Assembly: GCA_964016885.1 (NCBI GenBank)
Contig: OZ024741.1
Coordinates: 23,002,001 to 23,066,000, forward strand
DNA from: Eledone cirrhosa
Taxonomy: Eukaryota
Length of the DNA: 64,000 nucleotides
Direction of reading: 5' to 3'
Shown here: one piece after another, positions 13,796 through 25,786 of the stretch
How positions within the stretch are numbered: position 1 is the stretch's first letter
Layout of the letters: every line of letters starts with the position of its first letter
Program-made: the position numbers and the translations under genes
The notes under the pieces: generated by a model
Told to the model about the DNA's origin: nothing
The model's input: only the letters and a program-made list of their open reading frames with translations
Databases searched by the model: none

Positions 13796-14221
13796 AATAG
13801 TTTAGTTTACAAACATTATGTCATTCTTGGATAATAGCTTCATTCAGGAAGAATTTTTGATAGATTATCATTCTTTCTCAAAGACTTATAAGAATTGGCC
13901 GTAAATTCTTAAGGTTTTTATATGAGCCAGTATGACAATAAATAAAACCTAAATTAGTAAATCCATAGTTAATGTAAAATTGAAATATATATTGTTATAT
14001 TTAGGGGTGGTCATGTTGCCATTATTGCCCACAGAAAGAAACAGCATATAATTTTCAAGTTATCAGATAAAGTGAACATTATACAGTCTCTGTGTTTCTT
14101 TCTATTGGCAACAAGACAACTTCCAAATATAACTCTATTGGCTTCAACACATGATTTCACATCAAGAATCTTGTAGAACAAATATATAAACATAAAATAA
14201 GTATGATGTTGTGAAAAGGTA

Positions 14222-14414
14222 ATAATTGTTTCTACTTTTGGCACAAGGCCAGCAATTACCCCAGTGTATTACTGCTACTTTATTTTATCGACCCCGTAAG
14301 GATGAAAGGCAAAGTTAACTTCGGCGGGATTTGAACTCAGACCGTAAAGGGCCGTAACTCTTTGCTGCAAAGCATGGCGTCCAACCCTCTACCGACACTG
14401 CTAATCCACCACTC
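14222..14414 (-). mobile_element. full-length SINE family A
   Basis: B box gagttcaaatcc on the minus strand. Target-site duplication ttgtgaaaaggtaataat on both sides. Confidence 0.85.
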
Positions 14415-16545
14415 TTGTGAAAAGGTAATAATAATAATAAAAACTCTAAGATTTCTTCTTCCATAGCAGCAATGTCTAAGGAAATATGAATATGCTAAAG
14501 AATTTTAACTGAAGAGTCAAAGAAGATATTTATAGAATAACATGTATAAACTACATTTACTTGTGTACATTAACATATATAAGAAAATTCATTGAAATTA
14601 TGGATATACTAGTACAGCTCGGTACAACCCGGTACAACTTAGTTATATCAACTGAAGAAAGGTAATGATAAAAGATGTGGCATAGATTTTTGTACAAGAT
14701 GGCAAGGATTTGTTTAGTAGCTGACAAGCTTTTACTCAGGAAAAGAAGATGGAGGAGAGACAGGAAAGGAAGAGAGGAAAGTACTATGAGTTGGTGGGAA
14801 ACTGTTACAGGAATGGCTAGAAGACTAGGTGCATGCCTAAGGTTGGCAGCTGAGGGTTACCATCTTGTTTTCTAAGCAAAGCCTATGAAATTCTGGGCAT
14901 TACAAGAGCAAGCAGGTGGAGAGCCATCAAAATAATATGGAAGCAGCAAAGAGGGCATCTAGATAGCTATGACTGAAGAGAAGTGACTGATGTGGTCAGT
15001 ATTATGCATGACACTTGAACATAGGATGAGGCTTGATAAAATGATGATCTGCCCAAGGTCTTGCATCTGCTGAACTTAAACTATATCTAGTAAATAAATA
15101 TTTCTGGCAAAAAAAGAAAAAAAGAAAAAATATTCCTTTGCTTTTCAGTATTCAAAACAAAACTAAGAACTTTTTTAAAATGTTATATACAAAACATTGC
15201 ATATATGAGTTTTAAAATAGTCTTAAAACCATATTTATTTTGTAAGTAATGGAAATATTAAAATGAAGATAAAAACAAAACCAAGTAAAGAAAAACCAAT
15301 GGGGAAGGGGTAAAAAAAGGGCAGATCTGGCTGTATATTCCACCATCCACCACCTTCAATAAAATAACAAAACAAAGATTTTTAATTTAGGCCCAAGGCT
15401 ACTGACAACAAGTGCCAACCTCTTGGCAAGCACCTTGATAACATTTTTAACACTGTGTTTAGTAGAGTTATGGGCATGAAACTTTCTATTGTATCCTCCT
15501 TGTTCAGGTCCTTTCTCAGTAAAGTCATCACACCCCAACTTATATGACAGGGGATGCTCCGAATCTGCTGCGAGAGAATAGTGAAAAATACTGGCATTTG
15601 AAAATAGAGTTTGTAAGTGAGACCATCCAGTTTGAGTGATTATTGTCTCGTACAGTACATTAGTGAGTCCGTCACTTCATCTGGCAAGATCAATTTTTCA
15701 TAGTACTCCACCTCCCCGGTCGACAGTCATGGCAGATGTACTCACTTTCCCATAATGCTGCTGAAATGGGTAATAATTCTCAGTCCATCATGTAAGGTGC
15801 TTACATTGGTGCCATGACAAAAGAGCACTCAGCCCTCCTGGCAAGGTGGTCATCCTGGTGATATGACAAATAAACACCCAGTCCACCCTGTAAGGTGGTC
15901 ATGTTGGTGGCATGGCAGTAGGAAACCAGCCTAACCTGTAAAGTGGGAATGTTGGTGTCACAACAAAAGATGCCCAGGTCATGCTGTAAATGTGGTTGGT
16001 GTGAGAGAAGGGCATACAGCTGTAGAAACCAAGCCCAGAATAGTTCTGTATGAGCATATCATGGTCATCTGATCTGACTTGCCTCAAATGGGACAGCTCA
16101 TCTAACCAATGTTAGCATAGAAAAATGGATGTTAAATGGTGATGATGATGATATACCATATTTGATGGCTTATAAGATGCATTTAAAAAAAAAAATGACC
16201 TAAAAAATCTACCCTGCGTCTTATAAGGTCAAAGGTCAGTTTGGGTTACTGGCTAGTGGAGTTATAGTGTTCCAGTGGCCCTTAAATTATAAACCAAACA
16301 TCTCTGCAAATGTAAACAAGGTGGTGATTGCTTCTATACCAACAATAGCTACAATTTTCTCAAAAAAAAAAAAAAACCCACAATTTAAATAAATTTTATG
16401 AATAAAATAAATATATTTTCACTTTCTTTTGTTTTAAAAATGTACTAAATATTTCAACAATAAAAAACAAACATGAATACAAATAAGAAAATATAAGACC
16501 TGGACATGGAAAGAAAAGAAATGGACTAAGATGTAGCATACATAC

Positions 16546-16635
16546 TGTTGTCATGCAATGTGTTGGTCAGGTTACTTTTGTTGCCAATAAGGGACTCCAT
16601 GGAGCCAGCACGAACCAGCGTTCCCTGCTTACCAC
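16546..16635 (-). CDS. PARD3: probable Par-3 exon (GGKQGTLVRAGSMESLIGNKSNLTNTLHDN)
   Basis: Acceptor atttcag and donor gtatgt, 90 nt, phase 1-1. RAGSMESL echoes the RSSSMESL motif of the next exon. Confidence 0.72.
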
Positions 16636-17082
16636 CTGAAATGTCATTTGTAATACAGTGCATGCAATATGGTCAAGTGTGAGGAAAGGTAGCAGTGGCA
16701 GTAGAAGGAAAACATCGAGAAGTAATGTGCAGTTTTATTAATATCTACCAAACAGCTATATCAAATATTATTGAACAATTATAGAATAAAACTACAAACC
16801 ATTGTGTCTGTGTGTCACTTGGACTATTACATGTCCTAACACAAACAAATCAATACCAAACCATCGTTAACCATGATCTCAAGCAAATATAATCCAATAC
16901 ACTTAACCTGACCCATCAGATATATACAACACTAGAAAGTAAAATTAATTAAACCCTGCAGATTAACTATACCCAAAACACTCCCAGCATAACCCTACAC
17001 TAATTACTGGTATGAGAGCAATGTATATCATCAGGTTGCAGCCATTGTATTTAAGTTCAGGTGCCCTAGGTTCCCAACGAGG

Positions 17083-19352
17083 TGCCTCCGTTGTCACTAG
17101 GGTGACCCCCGCTGTCACTAGGGTGACCCCCGCTGTCACTAGGGTGACCCCCGCTGTCACTAGGGTGACTTCCACTGTCACTAGGGTGACTTCCACTGTC
17201 ACTAGGGTGACTTCCACTGTCACTAGGGTGACCCCCGCTGTCACTAGGGCGACTTCCACTGTCACTAGGGTGACCCCCGCTGTCACTAGGGCGACTTCCA
17301 CTGTCACTAGGGTGACCCCCGCTGTCACTAGGGCGACCCCCGCTGTCACTAGGGTGACTTCCACTGTCACTAGGGTGACTTCCACTGTCACTAGGGTGAC
17401 CCCCGCTGTCACTAGGGTGACCCCCGCTGTCACTAGGGCGACCTCCGCTGTCACTAGGGCGACCCCCGCTGTCACTAGGGCGACCCCCGCTGTCACTAGG
17501 GCGACCCCCGCTGTCACTAGGGCGACCCCCGCTGTCACTAGGGCGACCTCCGCTGTCACTAGGGTGACCTCCGCTGTCACTAGGGTGACCTCCGCTGTCA
17601 CTAGGGCGACCTCCGCTGTCACTAGGGTGACCTCCGCTGTCACTAGGGCGACCTCCGCTGTCACTAGGGCGACCTCCGCTGTCACTAGGGCGACCTCCGC
17701 TGTCACTAGGGCGACCTCCGCTGTCACTAGGGCGACCTCCGCTGTCACTAGGGTGACCTCCGCTGTCACTAGGGCGACCTCCGCTGTCACTAGGGCGACC
17801 TCCGCTGTCACTAGGGCGACCTCCGCTGTCACTAGGGCGACCTCCGCTGTCTCTAGGGCGACCCCCGCTGTCACTAGGGCGACCTCCGCTGTCACTAGGG
17901 CGACCTCCGCTGTCACTAGGGCGACTTCCACTGTCACTAGGGCGACTTCCACTGTCACTAGGGCGACCTCCGCTGTCACTAGGGCGACTTCCGCTGTCAC
18001 TAGGGCGACCTCCGCTGTCACTAGGGCGACCTCCGCTGTCACTAGGGCGACCTCCGCTGTCACTAGGGCGACCTCCGCTGTCACTAGGGCGACCTCCGCT
18101 GTCACTAGGGTGACCTCCGCTGTCACTAGGGTGACCTCCGCTGTCACTAGGGCGACCTCCGCTGTCTCTAGGGTGACCCCCGCTGTCTCTAGGGCGACCT
18201 CCGCTGTCACTAGGGCGACTTCCACTGTCACTAGGGCGACCTCCGCTGTCACTAGGGCGACTTCCACTGTCACTAGGGCGACTTCCACTGTCACTAGGGC
18301 GACCTCCGCTGTCACTAGGGCGACCTCCGCTGTCACTAGGGCGACTTCCACTGTCACTAGGGCGACCCCCGCTGTCACTAGGGCGACCTCCGCTGTCACT
18401 AGGGCGACCTCCGCTGTCACTAGGGCGACCTCCGCTGTCACTAGGGCGACCTCCGCTGTCACTAGGGCGACCCCCGCTGTCACTAGGGCGACCCCCGCTG
18501 TCACTAGGGCGACCTCCGCTGTCACTAGGGCGACCTCCGCTGTCACTAGGGCGACCTCCACTGTCACTAGGGCGACCTCCGCTGTCACTAGGGCGACCTC
18601 CGCTGTCACTAGGGCGACCTCCGCTGTCACTAGGGCGACCTCCGCTGTCACTAGGGCGACCTCCGCTGTCACTAGGGCGACCTCCGCTGTCACTAGGGCG
18701 ACCTCCGCTGTCACTAGGGCGACCTCCGCTGTCTCTAGGGTGACCCCCGCTGTCACTAGGGCGACCCCCGCTGTCACTAGGGCGACCTCCGCTGTCACTA
18801 GGGCGACCTCCGCTGTCACTAGGGCGACCTCCGCTGTCACTAGGGCGACTTCCACTGTCACTAGGGCGACTTCCACTGTCACTAGGGCGACCTCCGCTGT
18901 CACTAGGGCGACTTCCGCTGTCACTAGGGCGACCCCCGCTGTCACTAGGGCGACCTCCGCTGTCACTAGGGCGACCTCCGCTGTCACTAGGGCGACCTCC
19001 GCTGTCACTAGGGTGACCCCCGCTGTCACTAGGGCGACCTCCGTTGTCACTAGGGCGACCTCCGTTGTCACTAGGGTGACCCCCCCCTGTCACTAGGGCG
19101 ACCTCCGCTGTCTCTAGGGTGACCCCCGCTGTCACTAGGGCGACTTCCACTGTCACTAGGGCGACCTCCGCTGTCACTAGGGCGACCTCCGCTGTCTCTA
19201 GGGCGACCTCCGCTGTCTCTAGGGTGACCCCCGCTGTCACTAGAGTGACCTCCGCTGTCACTAGGGCGACCTCCGCTGTCACTAGGGCGACTTCCACTGT
19301 CACTAGGGCGACTTCCACTGTCACTAGGGCGACCTCCGCTGTCACTAGGGTG
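17083..19352. repeat. GC/CpG-rich minisatellite, 21-bp unit
   Basis: Unit gtcactaggg(c/t)gac(c/t)(c/t)cc(g/a)ct, about 108 copies by length. Confidence 0.98.
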
Positions 19353-19905
19353 AAATTTTCAACTAGCCCTTGTGTGTAAACATTGATTTAAATAGGTTTT
19401 GGTTACACAAGTTATATTGAGCTGTTTGTATTAAAATATTTATAGCTCCTAGAATTATAATTATCTTTCATACCAATAATATATTTTATTATTCTAAACC
19501 CTGTATCATAGTGTGTATATGAAACCAAGAAAACCATTAAACCCCTTCTTTTATCTTACTCCCACCCACCAAAGAACTCCCAAGAGCAAACCAATGAATG
19601 GTCTGATGAAACGAGTGACATAGCTGTTTCTTGTTAACACACAACATGGATAAAAAAACTACTGCAAAGTAAAAACATAAAAACAACAGGAAACAATAAA
19701 CTGAAATTGAGGGTAAGGATGGTTTAAGTTGGAGGACATAACATGAAGCTATTGGCATAAGGTTGGATAGCCTATCTGTGCTGTGAATACACCGAGGGTA
19801 AGGATGGTTTAGGTTGGAGGACATAACATAAAACTATTGTCTATACTTCTTCATATTGGCACAAGGTTGGATAGCCTATCTGTGCTGTGAACACTTCTTA
19901 CTTAC

Positions 19906-20003
19906 AGCGTTGGTGAAGTCTTAGCAAATCTTTATTATATCCACGGAGAAATAAATCGTGGATTTTGATAGAAGATTTGGCCATCTCTCGACAAATAGAG
20001 CAG
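19906..20003 (-). CDS. candidate 98-nt alternative or poison exon
   Basis: Acceptor gtccttatag and donor gtaagt. Open only as phase 2-1 (CSICREMAKSSIKIHDLFLRGYNKDLLRLHQR); entry in phase 1 hits a stop. Confidence 0.3.
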
Positions 20004-21338
20004 CTATAAGGACAACACATTACTGGAAAGTAAAATAAATTATCATTTTATACTTGAATATAGTAAAAACTAGAAAACACTTTACAGCAATTTTCTTTCT
20101 TAACATGAAAGTTTTCTAATATATCTTTGAGTTGGTTAAATCACTCAACTGGACAGTAGCATGTTGTGATACATTCTCTGGTGCCAATCTGACCATTTTG
20201 ACCACTACTCTGGTCACCATTGCCTGTAATGCTGATGAATGAAAGTTAAGTAAATACCAGCTTTGACTGACCATCCCCTTTTTGTGCCAGTTGTCATCAA
20301 AACCTCTTGTATCCTTGGACCCAGAATTGCTATTTTCCTCTGCAAAATCAGGAGGAGGAAGGACCCCCCTCCCACACACACACTTCCCAGGAAGGAACAC
20401 AGCGAGGTGAAATAGCTGATGTAGCAGATATGGTTGGCTGTTCTCTGGGGCCCTACTTTCACCATGTCTACAAGATGTGGTTGATATACCCCTCACTCCA
20501 GCCAAGAGTGTACAGACCCCCCCCCCCATTTCTCCACCTTTTATATTTTTCTCCTCCATTTTTTTTCTCTTCTTTCTTCCTATTTGTAAATATATACAAA
20601 TGAGATCAGCTGAGTTCACGGATATTATCCAACCATCTTGCTCAGGGTCTATAATTGGGTCTCCTGCCGGGGTTGGTTTTGCCCATAAAATCTGTCCAGT
20701 GATTTTTTTCCTGAGACATTCCAACAACATGTCCATAGTATTGGAGCTGTGATCTCTCTATTAAGATCATATCAACAATTGCTCTATATGTCTTCAACAA
20801 TTGTATTTTTTATATTATTTCTCACATTACTTCCATCAATCCTCATTTAATTAGAAAAAAACTACAAGGAAAATTTTAATATTTTCCGTTGACCCTTGTG
20901 GTGACCGATTATCACACTTGGTGAATTGATGGTTGTTTTTGTTTGTTTTTATTCTTTACTTTTCCTTTTCTCACTCTTTGCTCACATATTTTTGTGCATT
21001 ATATTTATCAGGTTCCTAGCAACAATCAATTGTATTTATTATATGTGTTTATATTTTCATTCTGTAAGAACTATAAACAATTCTTAAACAACTGGGAACT
21101 TCAGAAAATAAAATATTTATATATATTCTATCTTAGACTACAATAATATAGAAGTAGGATGTGTACCTGGTCCCTATTAATAGTCACAATAACAAGTTTC
21201 ATAGTTTAATTAAAACTAGACACTTTGAATGAATTAATCCAATTGTTAAAGTTGAGGCTAATGTAGAGGTTTGGATTTTTAGACATTACTTTCATATTAT
21301 TCTCATCTGGAGAAGACATTTGCTTTAGTCTATGTTTT

Positions 21339-21720
21339 GGTGTCACGACAAGGAACACCCAGTCCATACCGTAAAGTGGTCATGTAGGTGTCATGACAAA
21401 AAGCACCCAGTCCACACTGTAAAGTGGTCGTGTAGGTGTCACGACAAGGAACACCCAGTCCACACTGTAAAGTGGTCGTGTAGGTGTCACGACAAGGAAC
21501 ACCCAGTCCACACTGTAAAGTGGTCGTGTAGGTGTCATGACAAAAAGCACCCAGTCCACACTTTAAATATGATTGGCATTAAGAAGGGCATCCAGTCGTA
21601 GAAACCAAGCCCAAATCAATTCTGATAGAGCAAGACATGGTCACCTGACTTGTCTCACAATGAGACAACGTCGTTTACCCATGCTAGCATAAAATGGATG
21701 CTAAACGATGATAATGATAA
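21339..21720 (+). mobile_element. RTE-type 3' tail with an expanded 48-bp array
   Basis: About five 48-bp units, then aagaagggcatccagtcgtagaaa and a gat-rich end. Confidence 0.8.
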
Positions 21721-22216
21721 TGTGTAATACTTTGGGGGGATGGGGGCGGGCACAGATGCAAATAAATACAACAGTTAGCTATATGTGCAACAAAATGTGA
21801 CCATGCCTCCTATAATTACTATTACTATTATTGTCAGAGTCTCAAACTGTTAAATAATAGTATTTATCAAGATGTTAGGTTATAAAAATCTAAACAATAG
21901 CAAGCTACATATGGTGTTAGACTCAATAGTAAAAGATGTCTGATATTAGTGACATGCAGTTCTCATCTAATCTTAAACCTCCTTTAACATTTAACAGAAA
22001 TGAAATATTTTTCCCACAAAAAAAAAAAGAATAAAGAAAAAAAAAACCCTGTGGACCCTACAAGTTTTATCTAATATTGTTTAATGAAATATGCAATATT
22101 TATAATTCCTACAGATTAAAAAAGTTAAGTCCTCTCCAATGCTGCTTTTGATTTCTGTACATTTTATTGAACAACATTCCATATCTGTCAAATAAATGCC
22201 TGTATTTTTTGTTTTA

Positions 22217-22247
<31 letters not shown>

Positions 22248-22560
22248 CGGGATAACAGGTTATCGTTATGGCAGTCCACTTAGATGTAGTCCAGACTGGT
22301 TATAAAGAAAGTATTGGAGATCGATTGGCGCAAAATCAGGCATATAGCGAACTCTAGACCTGCCAGATCAAAGAAACAATTGTCAGCAATGTGAATAAAG
22401 CCCTTATTGTATAGCGAACCATGTCACTCTTCTTTCTTGAAATATATATATATGTGTGTGTGTGTGTCTGTGTGTGTGTGTTACGTAATTCCAAAGGAAA
22501 GGCAAAGGAAAAAAGTGCTCTATGTATAGAACAGAGCTATTTAATTAGAAAGTGAACACA

Positions 22561-22770
22561 AAATATAACTACTCCATTACCAAAGGTTTCTGGATCACAG
22601 ACGATAATAATATATACGACTGGATAGTTTGTCAGATAGAGATTTATAGAAAAAAGATATGAAAATCTCATTTCATATCTTTTATCTATAACGTCTGTCT
22701 GACAAACTATCCAGACGTATATATTATTATCTGTGATCCAGAAACCTTTGGTAATGGAGTAGTTATATTT
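22561..22770. ncRNA. 210-bp fold-back containing two opposed, degenerate type I hammerhead motifs
   Basis: Plus strand: tctgt-CTGACAA-...-GAAA-cc-ttt-gg-TA-atgga (22694-22758). Mirror copy on the minus strand at 22572-22641. The core has a G-to-A change relative to CUGANGA. Confidence 0.55.
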
Positions 22771-22821
22771 ACTATAATTACTATAGACTTAATGTAGATG
22801 TCCCTACAAATACTTTAAGTT

Positions 22822-23016
22822 AATAATTGTTTCTACTTTTGGCACAAGGCTAGCAATTATCCCAGTGTATTACTGGTACTTTATTTTATCAACCCCGTAA
22901 GGATGAAAGGCAAAGTTAACCTCAGCGGGATTTGAACTCAGATCATAAAGGGCCGTAACTCTTTGCTGCAAAGCATGGGGTCCGACCCTCTACCTATACT
23001 GCCAATCCACCGCCCA
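22822..23016 (-). mobile_element. full-length SINE family A
   Basis: Matches the family consensus. Target-site duplication ctttaagttaataat. Confidence 0.85.
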
Positions 23017-23391
23017 TCTTTAAGTTAATAATAAAACTAACTCATGGCAGCTGTTTACATTTTTTATCATGTTTTGATTTACAGTAATAACTTATATTTA
23101 GAGTTGACAAAAGGGAATGATTGATTATAAGAATTAACTCACAGATAACTAATGTCTGTAAAAATGTAACTTTAGATTATATTCTATGAATTATCTTTCT
23201 GGTACTCATTTTTTTAATGTGTAAAATTGCTGTAAAAAATTAGGAATTCTGAATAATTTAGTAAAACAAATAGAACAAGCAATAACATGAAATATTGATT
23301 ATTAGTAAATAAATAACTTTGGCATCACCAATAAATGATGAACCATTCATGCAAAAAAACATTAGCTATGTTGCTATGGTAACTTAAGTAC

Positions 23392-23436
23392 CTGTTGGAT
23401 AGTGAAAAGATGCCACTCTACGACATAAAACCTCAT
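23392..23436 (-). CDS. PARD3: candidate 45-nt cassette exon of Par-3 (DEVLCRRVASFHYPT)
   Basis: Branch-like ttctaac, then ctatttcag acceptor and CAG|gtactt donor. Frame-preserving phase 1-1 with no stop. Confidence 0.5.
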
Positions 23437-23458
23437 CTGAAATAGATGTGTGTTAGAA

Positions 23459-23852
23459 CAAGACATTAACTATGTAATAAATGTAGTTATCAAGACATTA
23501 ACTATGTAATAAATGTAGTTATCAAGACATTAACTATGTAATAAATGTAGTTATCAAGACATTAACTATGTAATATAGATATCAAGACATTAACTATGTA
23601 ATACAGATATCAAGACATTAACTATGTAATATAGATATCAAGACATTAACTATATAATATAGATATCAAGACATTAACTATGTAATATAGATATCAAGAC
23701 ATTAACTATATAATATAGATAGCAAGACATTAACTATGTAATATAGATATCAAGACATTAACTATGTAATATAGATATCAAGACATTAACTATGTAATAT
23801 AGATATCAAGACATTAACTATGTAATATAGATATCAAGATATCAACTATGCA
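23459..23852. repeat. minisatellite, 28/32-bp unit
   Basis: Unit atcaagacattaactatgtaatatagat. Confidence 0.93.
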
Positions 23853-23899
23853 ATAAAATATAATAAAATACAATAAACTCATCTAATAGTCCTAATTAG

Positions 23900-24245
23900 A
23901 TCTAAGCTGTCCTTTATGCAATCACTTCCAAACAAGATCATATTGAAAAGATTTTCACACTCAGAGTAGCTGAAGCATGGAACAAACTGCCTGCATCAGT
24001 TGTTAGCTGTCAGGATACTGCATCCTTTAAAACTTCCATGCTTCCTGAAATTCACCAACACTACACCTGATACCCCCCCCCCCCCTCTATACACACACAT
24101 GTGTGTGTGGTGTTTGTGTATATAATGACTCATACACTGTTCACTTTCCTGACATTTGTAGACTATTCTATGTACTATTCATGCACCTTTGATGAGTTGT
24201 AGTGCACCAGAGCACTGTACACAATAATTTTCATTATATCATTAT
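23900..24245 (+). mobile_element. CR1-like LINE 3' end
   Basis: Encodes FTLRVAEAWNKLPASVV, the typical C-terminal WNxLP motif of CR1/L2, followed by a 3' UTR and att-rich tail. Confidence 0.75.
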
Positions 24246-25367
24246 TTTAAATGAAAAACACACAAAAATATAAATACTACAAAATAATATTAACAATATC
24301 AATAAATTCTACATTTAATTTATATATTTTCCAAATTTACAATATTTCCAAATATTGAACACCGCAGCTGTACAGGAGAAAACCCCTTCAATACAATCAA
24401 GTATGGAAAATCTATTGTAAAATGACGATGACTAAAATAGTGCTACAGACCCTCTAAATATTTAGGAAATATATATATGTATATATATATATTAATATCT
24501 GTATTTTTAACCGTTGGTCAGTCAATGATAAACATTGATTGCCAAATAAATTAACTATGGAGATATAAAAGATGCAGAAGCGAAAACCAACCAAACAGTG
24601 AGTAAGTTTTGTTATTATTTCTGGCAATATTATTACAACAATATGACCCTCCCCAGGTATAACAATATATATATATATATATATATGTGTGTGAAAGCTA
24701 ACAGTTTAATAAAAGCATTGGTAACCAACAAAATACTCTTTTTGAAATTTATTTTTTCATGTTAGCTCTTTAGATTCCAACCTGGTCAAAACCAGTTCTG
24801 GTTTTATGATACAAAACCACCCATTTTAAAGGTTTCCAATTTAAATAAAAATCTTCCAACATAATTTTATATAAGAAACATATGTTAAGGTATTATCATA
24901 GTAATAAAAGGTCATTTTTATTAAATCCCTTAACATTCTAAATTACAGTAAGTAATTTTATGCAAGAACCTTTAAGTTATGTTCCAAACTATTGAATCAG
25001 AAAGTTATTTGCCTAAATCTGTTCAAATTCCTAATTATTTTCAAAATTATTTAAAAACAATAAGCAATGTCTTTCATTTAATGGCAAAAGGTCTTTTTTT
25101 TTAAATTGTGCCGATTGACATTTAGAAATGTTATCAGTATTAATAAGTTTATGTAAAATCCCAGAAATATACAATAATTGTTTCTAGTATAGGCACAAGG
25201 CCAGTAATTCTGGGGGAGGAGAAAGTCAATTAAATCGACCCCAGTATGTTACTGGTGCTTTATTTTATCAACCTCGTAAGGATAAAAGGCAAAGTTAACC
25301 TCGGCGGGGTTTGAACTCAGATAAGAAATATACAATAATACAATTACTACAGGTGTAAAGTATTTAC

Positions 25368-25516
25368 CTGGAACTTTTCTGTTACTTTTGGCTATATGGT
25401 AAAATTCTGATTGACGAGCATCTAAGTGACCTCGGCGTTTTTCTGACATACTCTGACGACCAAATGCTTCACGTTGGAATGCAAAATTAGGATCAAAGTC
25501 TGGACTCAAAGGACCA
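25368..25516 (-). CDS. PARD3: Par-3 exon with aPKC-binding/phosphorylation motif CR3 (GPLSPDFDPNFAFQREAFGRQSMSEKRRGHLDARQSEFY...)
   Basis: FQREAFGRQSMSEKR corresponds to the vertebrate PARD3 CR3 motif FQREGFGRQSMSEKR. Strong polypyrimidine acceptor, phase 2-1. Confidence 0.97.
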
Positions 25517-25564
25517 CTGAAAAAGAAAAGAAAGCAAAAAGGAAAAAAAAAAATATATGTATTT

Positions 25565-25786
25565 TATTTTATTACATAATAAACAACACAATATAATTAG
25601 TTCATTACCAAAGGTTTCAAGAAACTAGATCAATATTGCAAAGAATATCAAGTTTGTTCGTCAGACAAAATAAATATTTATTTTGTCTGATGAACGAACT
25701 GGATGTTCCTTGCAATATTCATCTAGTTTCTTGAAACCTTTGGTAATGAACTAATTATATTGTGTTGTTTATTATGTAATAAAATA
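25565..25786. ncRNA. 222-bp palindrome carrying head-to-head type I hammerhead ribozyme motifs
   Basis: Plus copy 25682-25750: tttgt-CTGATGA-stem II (aactggatg/catctagtt)-GAAA-cc-ttt-gg-TA-atgaa. Minus copy 25601-25669 has CTGACGA. Confidence 0.72.

Noticed and set aside
16963-19379. Three overlapping 690-760 aa ORFs (VTAEVAL / VTRATSA / SDSGGRP repeats)
   Set aside because: They are artefacts of a 21-bp tandem unit (a multiple of 3) that lacks stops in several frames. There is no splice or homology support.
22310-22390. GAAA-caattg-TC palindromic stem III-like motif (and a similar relic near 1590-1655)
   Set aside because: The upstream CUGANGA core is not recognisable and stem I does not pair convincingly, so it is too decayed to call a ribozyme.
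25440-25485. Ala instead of Gly in the CR3 motif (FQREAFGRQS)
   Set aside because: Invertebrate Par-3/Bazooka varies at this position and the phospho-acceptor Ser is intact, so it is not evidence of altered function.
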